Shown here piece by piece: positions 25,119 to 35,632 of a stretch of DNA of 64,000 nt. The translations under genes were made by a program, and so were the position numbers. The notes beneath the pieces were generated by a model, which searched no databases, was not told where the DNA came from, and saw nothing but the letters and a program-made list of their open reading frames with translations. This DNA comes from Paraphysomonas bandaiensis. Taxonomy: Eukaryota; Protista; Chrysophyceae. The stretch spans positions 1-64,000 of the forward strand of contig CBFFRP010000107.1 in NCBI GenBank assembly GCA_965644295.1, given 5' to 3'. The number at the start of each line of letters is the position of its first letter. The first letter of the stretch is position 1.

Positions 25119-25756
25119 CTAATTCGCTGTGGTTCCCTCCATAACGTCTACAGTTGCAGTAGAGTTATCTTCCGGGTTTTTCACTGATGACACATTTTTA
25201 TGCACGATTGACAGTTTTTTGCCAGCCTTTAGTGCTTTCAAATCTGTTACTTACGTTAGAGTAGCAGGATACCAATACACAACATACCTATTAATATGCT
25301 TTCAACATGAGGAAGTAGAAGAGGCTTGAGCATTACATCATTTACACCGCATGCAACAAATTTTTCCTCATCTTCTTCGGTTATATCACCAGTAACACCA
25401 ATTACGAGACTTGTATATCCGAGTTCTCTTATTTTGGCCGTAGCCTCGATTCCACCCATCTTGGGCATAATAGAGTCCATAAATATTATATCAAATGGGG
25501 CATTGTTATCAATAGATGACTTGATGATATCTACAGCATCTGTACCATCTTCAGCGAGAACGACATCCTCAAAAAAATCATTTATAGTACGGCTTAACAT
25601 CTTTCGATTAAACTTTGAATCATCTACAACTAATGCACGAGGAAACTTAATTACATGATGATCCCCCATTTCATTTTCATAGTACTCCACTAGGTCGCGC
25701 TCATTGACCTTACTCATCTCACGGTTCTGAGAACCTTTGCTAATAATGGCACCCAT
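25119..25756 (-). CDS. Stand-alone response-regulator receiver protein, putatively N-myristoylated
   Basis: MGAIISK start; ALVVDDS, DIIFMDSIMPKMGG, IGVTG, MLKP. Short 3' intron. Confidence 0.85.
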
Positions 25757-26333
25757 ATGATCGTATAAGAGACACTTAAGAACAATTAGCAACCATTCAA
25801 TGTCTTAAATAGAGGGTATAATAACAGCACTAGTCTCTTGTTGTCTATATATATGGCTTCTATCAGTTTATTTGCTATGCAGTTCTAACGCCCTCATGTT
25901 AACACGTACATACATCGTCACCCGAATACTATACACCCTTGAAACGTATCATCCCATACACTTGTGCACTGGACGGTATGACCAGTGGGGTTGGTCTCAC
26001 ATACGTAACCTCACTCCCACCTCACCCTTCGCCCTTCACCCTCATCCCAACTCACAAACTGAAAAATAAGATCTGATCAGTTTCATATACAAGAACAAAT
26101 AGTGGGGCAGTTATGAGGAGGAAATTGAAACAAAAAACTGAAAATAGTTTGTCTGTTGAAGATGTTACGTATTCGGATGGCAAGATGTGGGGTGTTTTGT
26201 CTATTGTGATTATATATATATAGTCAAGACACTCATCAGTGGCAATATATATTGAGGTCTCTGAAGAACTCACTAGATTCAAAGTATGAAGTTTTAATGG
26301 AACTGAATTTTCGTCAACTGATTGTGTTGCAGG

Positions 26334-26752
26334 ATGGTTAACGTTCCTAAGGAGAGAAAGACTTTCTGCAAAGGCAAGAAGTGCGGTAAGCACACTCTTC
26401 ATAAGGTTACCCAGTACAAGGCTGGCAAGGCTTCCAACTTCGCTCAGGTTAATATATTCAGTTTCATTTTAATTTATTCTAAATATTTGAAATACAGGGT
26501 AAGAGAAGGTACGACAACAAGCAGATGGGTTTCGGTGGTCAGACCAAGCCCGTTTTTCACAAAAAGGTATGTACTCAGAATTAATGGTTGAAACCGTAGG
26601 CTAACTCGAGCCATCCTTATACTTAGGCCAAGACCACCAAGAAGATCACACTCCGTCTTGAGTGCAAGGAATGCAAGGCTAAGAAGCAGCTGTGCATCAA
26701 GCGCACAAAGCACTTCGAGCTTGGAGAAAAGAAGAAGGTCTCGCAATACTAA
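26334..26752 (+). CDS. RPL36A: 60S ribosomal protein eL42 (L36a/L44), 3 coding exons
   Basis: [32 protein letters not shown]...[11 protein letters not shown]|[13 protein letters not shown]. Confidence 0.97.
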
Positions 26753-27749
26753 ATTACTTGTTGATAGACTGCCATCTCTTAATCTAATGAAAATTCTTCA
26801 GTATGCTGGTTATGTCCTGTTTCTTATGATTTTGTGTTGTACGTCGCTATGTAGAGATTATGAAATTGATCGCATGACAAGTGCTTTACGCTTTGATATG
26901 TCAACATGATTCCGTTAAAGAGTGGAAGAGACGCGTGTTTAACATAGGATAAACAAGCTACTTTGCATCAAGAATGTAACTACACACCCTTAGTCCTATA
27001 AAGATATTGGTTATGATAAGGTAGATTGCAGCCTGGAGCAAATATCAAAGCAATACTATATATTGTTAGATAATGCTATGACATCCACACTATAAAAGAA
27101 AGAGACTGGTGTGTGTATATATATTTTGTTTAACTGATAAATTTATTCTACGTAACAGCGTAATAGATTGACACTGATACTTATCATATATAACAATTGT
27201 ACTCAACGCTATAATAAAGAATTGATCTTCATAATAGACTATATTATAATGACTATATTAATTTTCATGCATTGCCATAAAAAGCTATTGCGAGACACAA
27301 AAGCTGTTGAGTTGTGCAGTATGATTCGACATGCGATATATAGATATATAGTACGCTATTGTTCAAAGGTTCAAAGTGTACAATAAGTGCAATCAACTCA
27401 TAGGAACAGATGTTCACTAGGTGTTATATGAATCTGCTGTAAAGTTTAGAGATTAAGAATTTCTTATATCTTGTACTACAACAAAGCAAGGTTAAGGTTT
27501 ACGTGTAAATCAAGGTTAAGTTCAGTGTAATGTCTAATTCTAACAAAATTATATTTTATATTGTATTAAAACTGGTGTCTAATCATCTTTGACAAACACT
27601 GTGTACTAGTATATTTACTTTTTATTATTGATAGTACTAATTGTTGCCTACTATAATATTAGAGCACAGATGCATTTTACAGGTTTATAAGTTATATTCA
27701 CGTATCAACAATAGCACGATCAGCACGAACCTTCATGTCACCTCATATT

Positions 27750-28531
27750 CTATTGGGAAACTAGAATCCAAATTACTCCCATTATAAAGACGGATATAAA
27801 CACTATAGACACTGTTCTTCTGGCATGTTTAGCTACAATTACGTTCGTATTTTGATGTACAGATTGATGTGTACTACTCCCGTCATCAGACTCCAGTGGA
27901 ATCCTGTTATCTGCCGAATCTGTGCTACCTCGACGGGGACAATGGTCGGACTCCAAACTACTACTAGTGCTACTAAACGATGCATAGCGAGGGGATCGGG
28001 CACGAATATTTAATTTGATCATCACTTGACAACTCACATCGTCAACACGATGGGAGTAAGTCTTCGCTTTCTCCGATAGATCATCCTTTTCTAGAATTCG
28101 CCTTGCACTCCAACTCATTTCACCTGTTTTCTCTAAGAACTTGGCAATTTGTGTACACAATCCGAAAACTGGTAAAAAATCAGCTTCTAGCCCGGCTACC
28201 TCGGGTAAGTGAATTGTATTTTCTTTGAGATGGCCTGTGCAGAGAGCAGTGTCAGTATACCATCAGAGTAACATTTCCTGATAAGCGTACTTAGCAGAGC
28301 TTCACATCTTTCAGCCAACCTTACACATGATCCGGGCATATAGATATCTTAAATGTATTGATGAGTTGTATATTACTTCTCTCGTACAATAGTACCTGCA
28401 TTTATGATACGACGAAATCTGTCGATAATCTCACTGAGTCGAATCTGGAAACTCAAATCGGCTTGAGGTTCAATGATCTCCACCTTAGGACTAAATCCTA
28501 CAGATGATCGAAGGGGAGTGCTATCACCCAT
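27750..28531 (-). CDS. Hypothetical tail-anchored membrane protein (multi-exon)
   Basis: ORF 27750-28160 ends in one TM helix. Upstream GT-AG exons lead to a probable MGDS start. Confidence 0.5.
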
Positions 28532-28632
28532 CTTTCAATCGTTTCTAATTACCATACAGACCAAACTAATGATGAAGAATAGATCTTTTGCAACTACTCT
28601 ACAGCAGCATATGGTAAATGTACCCGAGCAGT

Positions 28633-28784
28633 ATACATACATACATACATACATACATACATACATACATACATACATACATACATACATACATACATAC
28701 ATACATACATACATACATACATACATACATACATACATACATACATACATACATACATACATACATACATACATACATACATAC
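28633..28784. repeat. (ATAC)38 microsatellite abutting the copia 3' LTR
   Basis: Perfect ATAC tract. A shorter ~6-unit tract lies at the other end of the element (~34162-34187). Confidence 0.97.
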
Positions 28785-31700
28785 CGCAGAGAAAAATACG
28801 GTACTCGGTCGAATGTCACGGATGTTACAAATCAATAAACGGACGGAATACCCCCGTTGCTTTCACACAGTCTACACTACAGGTAGTCAAAGCAAGGTTC
28901 TCTTTATAGTTTACTACAGAACTTCTCAGTAAGAGGAAATTATGCCTCTATTCTACAGCCGTACACTACACACTGCATAATATAACACCATACACCTCTA
29001 TGTGCCCTATGCATATCTTATACAGTCACTTCAAGTACTAAACTGAAAAGAACATCCTCTCATTCCTCTACGCACCCCTGTGATGTGTCTACTCGTTCCC
29101 AACGATCAGACATATCAAATGACGAAACAATTTTCCTTGTAGGGGTTTAGTCAGCACATCAGCCAACATCTCTCCTGTAGGTAAGTACTGAAGCTTCACG
29201 TCTCCCCTATCATGGTGTTCTTCGACTAAAGCCTGCCTTACTCGTAGATATTTCGATCGGTATTTGCCTCCTCCTTTCGTTACGAGACTGAGATTCGACA
29301 AGTTGTCCTGATAAATAACAGGTGGGTCAAGCGCATAGCCCTGCCCACACACAAACTCATGTAATCTCATTGCATTAGACATCATATCAGATAGGCCGAC
29401 CAGCTCGGATTCGGTCGAGTCTTTCGTCACGATTCGTTGCTTAGTTGATCGGCATAGTACTGTGGCCCCTCCAAGCTGTACAACTACGCCCGTATGCCCT
29501 TTTCCGTCTTCGTGGGTGGCGAACGAAGCGTCGATGAAGCTTCTTACCCGCAGCTGCTCTCCAATCTTCAGCTGCAGATCTTGATCCCTTGTGTGCGCAA
29601 GGTATTTCAGCACTCTATTCAACTTCTGCTGATCTCCGATTGTCGGACCCTTCACTCTTGTTGTGAGGTACGCTATACTGAGCAGGATGTCTGGTCTAAC
29701 TCTTATTGACAGATATAGCAATTTGGCCACCACTGAATGGAAATTGGCAGCCTCCTTCCTCCCCAATTTCTGTCCTGCGCCCTCTGCGAACAGTGATGAT
29801 GTCGCTGGAGATGCTGCTCTGCCAGTGACCGCTGCCTCCTCCAGCACTCCGTCTAGGTAAGCCCTCATTGACACCACTGCCCTGTCATCTATCATGCTCA
29901 CATGCATACCTAAATACGACATGTCTTTGTCATCACAGTATTTTACCTCACCATATTGTTTCTTTAGTTGTTCCACCAACCACTCGGTGTCACGCTTGTC
30001 TTGTGATAGCACTAGCAGATCGTCCACGTGTAGTGTTATAGTGCACTGCTTGCCGTTGACAGTCCTATTGAGAACACACTGATCCACCGGGTTAGCCACG
30101 AAACCAATGCTTTCCAGGTAAGCTCTTATCGTGTCATACCAGAGCTTTGCGCTCTGCACGCATCCATATAACGCTTTGTCTAGGCGCACCAATATTTTGC
30201 CTCTTTCATCAACATACGGCTGGATTGTGGGGTCTAGTTTTCTGAGTATTGTGGCCAACATCGGCTCCAATTCCATTATTACCTCTTCGCCTGACATCTC
30301 CGCATTGAGGTATGCACCACCTATATCAATTGTCGATACATGTCTCCCCTCTCTCGCTGCTATTGCTAGGCATGCAAATACTGACTGTATGTCCACAGTG
30401 GGTGACGACGTGTCTGGGTACAGTTTCCGGTCCTGCTGTGCCCCGTTCGCAACCAGCCTCGCCTTGATTTTCTCGAACCTTCCGAGTCCGTCGTATTTCG
30501 TCTTCAAAAACATCAGCGATCGAATTGTTCGTTTGAGTTGAGTCTTTGATAGGTCACTCCGGTGTACTGGAACTATCGCCTTTTTTTCATGCAGCAGCTG
30601 CTTCAGCTCCCGTAATATCGCCAGGTAGGCTTCTTTGCCGTGTTCCTTTAAACCTTTGGTTACGCTTGTGTGATAGGCTCGATACATTACGGGCTTTCTT
30701 CTTGTGCCTGCCGCTATCCTTGCTCCGGCTGATGGTGATGATAGTACTTCGCTTGTATTGTGTGTCATCCCTGTAGTTTCCACCCCTGTAATTTCCGGAT
30801 CGTCGATGTCGTTGGGTGTTGCAGCGCCCGGTTCCTGTTCGCTCGGCCCATCAGCCCGGTCGCCATCATCGTCGACTGGTTCCGTGATTTTTGTTCTCTC
30901 TCTCTCTTCTGTGTGGCCGTGCCCTTCGTCTGTGTCAACTGCTGTCATCTGCCCCTCCTCGTGAGGCTCCTTCGGCTTATCGATCTCGTCATTCTCAGCT
31001 GGTGGCGTGGTATCCTCGATCTCTCGACTCTCATTCTCGCTGGTCGTGACAGGTGAGTGTGACTTGTTGTGCAATGACGATATTCTGTTCACGGCGTCTA
31101 TTACTATTTGTGTGGTCACCATCTTCACCCAGTTGGTCCTACTCACATATTTATTTGTTTTAAGGTTTAAAAATATCCAACTCCCGTTTGCGTTGCCGGA
31201 TGGGTACAGCGCGATACATGGTTCTGTTCTGGCCTGCTCCGCGTTATTGCTCTTGACCTTCGGGTCATAACATTCTACGTAGTCCCCAAAAGCCAGTGAC
31301 AGTTCCTTTTTATAATTGGGTTTCCGACCAGTCAATGCCACTCGCGGTGCTACAGTTGTGCCATTGGTGGATGGCCTCCTCAAGTTCATGCGGCTGTTGG
31401 CGTATCTCACCAGGTCTCTGACGTTGGCATCTGGTAGGTTCCATGGTAGCCCTGAATGTACACTGCGTATTGTCTCTTTGAGTCGCCTAATCTTCGCGTC
31501 GATCTTGTCCAGGTGATCTCCAGCCCCTGCCACGTCAATCTCCATCCCTGTGATTTTGCCTCTCAGGGCCTTGAATCCCGGCTGAGGGTCCAGGTAGGTA
31601 ACTGTCGGTATGTACCCGTAGCTTCTTAACAGGTTTACTTGTTCCTGTAGGGCCAATCCCAACTGATCCGTTGTTTCGTTTTCGAGTGAAGTAACGATGG

Positions 31701-34162
31701 TTAGTCCCAATGGTTCCGCTAGTGTGAGCATGAACGATTGCTGTCTCACACTGAAGATGTCTGTGTACAGCATTTGCTCCTTCTGCTGTTCTGCCTTCAG
31801 TTCCGGATCCGCGTATTGCCGGCTGACTTTCTTATTCGTCTGCTTGCCTCTCACCGCTTCGAACGGTCTCCCATATATGTCAAAAGCTCTTCTGATATCA
31901 CTCGGGGTAAGTCGCACCCCTGTAACGTTTCCGTCGCTCACTAGCTGCACAGCATCTCTCTCCGAGTCGAAACCCGAGTTTCGGATCAGGTCTCGTGCTT
32001 CTCGCGCTCTCGCGACTTCTACTTTCGAATATTGGGCTTCGCGCTCCGCTACAGTCGTTACGTTGACTTTGGCCGTCGCCCAGTCGCGCATGTCGGCCAC
32101 ATACATCTTGTTCTTTCGATAGAAAGTCAAATCACTGTCAGGTAAGTGGACAGTGAAAGACTCTCCCTGCCTATATGTCACTTCATATATGTCTTCTACG
32201 TCCGCCTGACATAGCACGCTTGCCCTTAGCTCATCTGCTGTCTTACAGGTGAAGAATTGGTCTAGCTCGCCTACATTCGGTAGTTCCAGTGCGTGTCCCG
32301 ATAATCCCGCCACGGTGCATCCTTTGGACGCCGGTCTTACATTGTTCAGTAGTCTTGGGTGTACTACCGAGACATCCGCCTGGTTGTCGAGTAATACCTC
32401 GTACCATTGGAATGGCTCGCTTCCTGACGTGAAGGCGTTCAACATTGTTGTCGTGCAGTGCTTGTTTTCTGATTCTTGGCTACTGTCTGGGCATTCGTTC
32501 ATTCTGTGGCCTGGCTCACCGCAGCCCCAACATATGAGCTGCCTTTTTTTCTGACCACGTTTGCTGTTGTGCGACTTCGTGTCGTTCCCTTGTTGCTGCT
32601 CTGGTGTATCATTGCTATCTGCTGATTTCTTGCCTTTGTCAGACTTCGATTTGCTCACGAATGCGGATCCGCCGCCTGCTCTCGTTGCTCTCTTCGGCGT
32701 TAGATATTTTGATGCTTTAGTATATATTTCATTCACATGCGTAGGTGCTGTTTGCGTTCCCATTGTTAGATCGTTGAGATAGCTAGTTTTGAACTCGCCA
32801 TATCTCGTGTCGTCCAGCCCTTCGAAGAAATCCATCGCGATGTCCTCTTCATTCATTTCCGCGTTGTTCATGTCTTTGTAGGCTTCTAATAGATGATCAA
32901 ACCTCTCCTTATAAGTAACTATACTCTCGTATGCTCCCTGTTTAGCGTCTTTGTACCTTTGCCTCGCTTCTGCTCGTACCACTGTACTTACGCTGGAGTT
33001 AGTGGATACTTTGTGGGTTTGTTTGATAGCCAGCCATAGTAGTAGAGGATCCTTAGTCCTGTTCATGAGCTCGTATTCATCTAATAGCTTGACTGCATCC
33101 ATTGATTCGTGGCTCAGATGGTCTACCATGAATGAGTAGAATGCCGATCTATCGTTCCGCATCTTGTCTATTAATCTCCCTCTGGTCTTGGTCTTGTCCT
33201 TCATCAGGTCGAGGTTAACTCCATAGGGGTCGTCTTCCAAATCAAAATCCTCTGGGTTTATCGCATCGGGCTCATAATATTTGTCCAGCTCTACTAGGCG
33301 TGCAAGATCACCGTACTTTTGCATGCCCACCACTACAAGCCTCTGTTTGAATGTGGCGAAGTTCGAGTTGGCACCGTATCTTAAAGTCGGTACATGTTCT
33401 GGTCTATCGGTGCTCGGTTTCTTGCCGAATCTTGCAAATCTTGTTGGCTTGTCGTTCGTTGTCTTCTTCATAATTTCCTCTTAATGAGAAGTTCTCTCTC
33501 TCCTCATGAGGAGCACACACCACTATACACCACTATGACCACACACTGTTGATAGTCCTCACTCGTGTCTGTGAGTAGAGGCAGCAGCAGAGCCTCTGAA
33601 TCATGTACTCATATATGCATATATCCACATCACGTTCACTTCGAAGTCACTCAGAGATATACTGCATATACGTACACGTATACCTATGTATACCATATAC
33701 ATATGTATGTATGTATGTATGTATGTATGCGTAGAGGAATGAGAGGATGTTCTTTTCAGTTTAGTACTTGAAGTGACTGTATAAGATATGCATAGGGCAC
33801 ATAGAGGTGTATGGTGTTATATTATGCAGTGTGTAGTGTACGGCTGTAGAATAGAGGCATAATTTCCTCTTACGCAGAGAAAAATACGGTACTCGGTCGA
33901 ATGTCACGGATGTTACAAATCAATAAACGGACGGAATACCCCCGTTGCTTTCACACAGTCTACACTACAGGTAGTCAAAGCAAGGTTCTCTTTATAGTTT
34001 ACTACAGAACTTCTCAGTAAGAGGAAATTATGCCTCTATTCTACAGCCGTACACTACACACTGCATAATATAACACCATACACCTCTATGTGCCCTATGC
34101 ATATCTTATACAGTCACTTCAAGTACTAAACTGAAAAGAACATCCTCTCATTCCTCTACGCA
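28785..34162 (-). mobile_element. Ty1/copia LTR retrotransposon with 290-bp LTRs (28785-29074, 33873-34162)
   Basis: Direct repeats appear identical by eye. On the minus strand the LTR starts TGCGTAGAGG after a short purine tract ACAGGGG. Single gag-pol ORF in copia domain order. Confidence 0.95.
29089..33471 (-). CDS. Copia Gag-Pol polyprotein (Gag zinc knuckle, protease, integrase, RT, RNase H), uninterrupted 1460 aa
   Basis: CWGCGEPGHRMNEC; LLDNQA; YTDIF and YLDPQ; KIKARLVANG, DIGGAYL, KALYG, HVDD; IDASF, TESEL, YQDN, ADVLTKPLQG. Confidence 0.96.
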   Translation of the reverse strand: MKKTTNDKPTRFARFGKKPSTDRPEHVPTLRYGANSNFATFKQRLVVVGMQKYGDLARLVELDKYYEPDAINPEDFDLEDDPYGVNLDLMKDKTKTRGRLIDKMRNDRSAFYSFMVDHLSHESMDAVKLLDEYELMNRTKDPLLLWLAIKQTHKVSTNSSVSTVVRAEARQRYKDAKQGAYESIVTYKERFDHLLEAYKDMNNAEMNEEDIAMDFFEGLDDTRYGEFKTSYLNDLTMGTQTAPTHVNEIYTKASKYLTPKRATRAGGGSAFVSKSKSDKGKKSADSNDTPEQQQGNDTKSHNSKRGQKKRQLICWGCGEPGHRMNECPDSSQESENKHCTTTMLNAFTSGSEPFQWYEVLLDNQADVSVVHPRLLNNVRPASKGCTVAGLSGHALELPNVGELDQFFTCKTADELRASVLCQADVEDIYEVTYRQGESFTVHLPDSDLTFYRKNKMYVADMRDWATAKVNVTTVAEREAQYSKVEVARAREARDLIRNSGFDSERDAVQLVSDGNVTGVRLTPSDIRRAFDIYGRPFEAVRGKQTNKKVSRQYADPELKAEQQKEQMLYTDIFSVRQQSFMLTLAEPLGLTIVTSLENETTDQLGLALQEQVNLLRSYGYIPTVTYLDPQPGFKALRGKITGMEIDVAGAGDHLDKIDAKIRRLKETIRSVHSGLPWNLPDANVRDLVRYANSRMNLRRPSTNGTTVAPRVALTGRKPNYKKELSLAFGDYVECYDPKVKSNNAEQARTEPCIALYPSGNANGSWIFLNLKTNKYVSRTNWVKMVTTQIVIDAVNRISSLHNKSHSPVTTSENESREIEDTTPPAENDEIDKPKEPHEEGQMTAVDTDEGHGHTEERERTKITEPVDDDGDRADGPSEQEPGAATPNDIDDPEITGVETTGMTHNTSEVLSSPSAGARIAAGTRRKPVMYRAYHTSVTKGLKEHGKEAYLAILRELKQLLHEKKAIVPVHRSDLSKTQLKRTIRSLMFLKTKYDGLGRFEKIKARLVANGAQQDRKLYPDTSSPTVDIQSVFACLAIAAREGRHVSTIDIGGAYLNAEMSGEEVIMELEPMLATILRKLDPTIQPYVDERGKILVRLDKALYGCVQSAKLWYDTIRAYLESIGFVANPVDQCVLNRTVNGKQCTITLHVDDLLVLSQDKRDTEWLVEQLKKQYGEVKYCDDKDMSYLGMHVSMIDDRAVVSMRAYLDGVLEEAAVTGRAASPATSSLFAEGAGQKLGRKEAANFHSVVAKLLYLSIRVRPDILLSIAYLTTRVKGPTIGDQQKLNRVLKYLAHTRDQDLQLKIGEQLRVRSFIDASFATHEDGKGHTGVVVQLGGATVLCRSTKQRIVTKDSTESELVGLSDMMSNAMRLHEFVCGQGYALDPPVIYQDNLSNLSLVTKGGGKYRSKYLRVRQALVEEHHDRGDVKLQYLPTGEMLADVLTKPLQGKLFRHLICLIVGNE

Positions 34163-34395
34163 TACATACATACATACATACATACATATGTATATGGTAT
34201 ACATAGGTATACGTGTACGTATATGCAGTATATCTCTGAGTGACTTCGAAGTGAACGTGATGTGGATATATGCATATATGAGTACATGATTCAGAGGCTC
34301 TGCTGCTGCCTCTACTCACAGACACGAGTGAGGACTATCAACAGTGTGTGGTCATAGTGGTGTATAGTGGTGTGTGCTCCTCATGAGGAGAGAGA
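33495..34395. repeat. 379-bp inverted repeat (33495-33873 and 34017-34395), 143-bp loop
   Basis: Arms are reverse complements by direct reading. The identical ORFs 33565+ and 34325- in the track confirm it. Confidence 0.95.
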
Positions 34396-35254
34396 CTCGT
34401 ATGATCATATGAATAATACCGCAGCAGATACACACACTTACATACAGAACCCCCACACACACATACATGCATAGACCGCATGGAGCACCCTGAATAGCCA
34501 TATAACTGAACCAGAAGCGTTCACCACTAATGCGCTCCTGAGTATGTTATTTTATATGGCGTATCTGCATGAATGGTGCTGTGGAATCATATGTATCCGT
34601 TAGAAGACTGTGGCGCTGTTGCTCATGCAGCTGGTGGTGATTATCCATATCATCCATACTGCATCATCTCATTATGATCTGGTGTGTGCTGTATATTCGA
34701 AAGAGGTTACATGTATATATAAGGTAAAGGTGCTGTGTAGGCAAGAGATGTTTTGATGAAACCAATTCTACTTCCATCGCATTGAATAGGGCCAATAAGA
34801 TATCTCTGTTGTAACGGTGGCGACATGCTACAGTGTATAGAATACGTTTCCTATTCGAAATAGTTTCCTCATTGCAGTGTATGTCTTTGTAGATATGTTA
34901 CTAGGAAGTAACCTGTGTAATATACTTTGTGTGATTTCATTCTTGGGCATGAGCCTGCCTTGCCATGAGTTTCCTTGTCCTTTGGATTCCCCCTGGCTGA
35001 TCACATCAACTTTTGACATTTGGATGATGAAATAACTTAACTAAACTGTAACCTTGCTCTACTTGTAAACCTTAACCTTGCTTCGTTGTACATTTAACAT
35101 ATCAGTGATAATGAACATTTAACGCCCCTGCCCAATGTTCGAACTCAATATCGAACAACTGGAAGCACATGAACCAACGCTGACCTTGTTTGATATGACC
35201 AAATGACTAACTAGTCAAGCTAGTTAGACGTCTATCTGGTACTAACTCCATTAT

Positions 35255-35510
35255 CCTACTATTTACGCTACGGAGGATGGTTGTGCAACCACCTCCGCTC
35301 TATAGCTCAAAGCAAACGCCGTGAGCAAGCCGAATGTTGATATACCTGACATCTGCTAACTTCAGTTTTTTTGAGTCCTTAAGGTGATTATCCCGGATGC
35401 TTGACTTCAGCAGGCAGCTCAATACCCTGGCTCCCCTTCAGGTGGGCCCTGTCCCGCATGCCCTTGAGGTGGGCCCATTTCCGGATGCCTGTTTATTCGT
35501 CAAGGCCCAA
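35255..35510 (+). repeat. Dispersed degenerate repeat, copy 2
   Basis: Similar to 10760-11030 and to the reverse complement of 55318-55570. Confidence 0.7.
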
Positions 35511-35632
35511 ACACGTCTACACAAGTGACACTTATTAGTGTCCCTTGTACCAAACAAGCATTCGCCTATGAGTTGGCAGAACAATACCTAAGTAAGTAGG
35601 CGATCATGGTACAGCGAGGAAATATGATACGA

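Noticed and set aside
28473-28932. ORFs with YIHT/MYVC repeats
   Set aside because: They are translations of the (ATAC)n microsatellite.
33565-34325. Two identical 68-aa ORFs on opposite strands
   Set aside because: By-product of the 379-bp inverted repeat; no coding features.
28785-34395. DIRS- or Penelope-type element suggested by the inverted repeats
   Set aside because: The polyprotein has copia PR-IN-RT-RH order with direct LTRs and no tyrosine recombinase or GIY-YIG domain.
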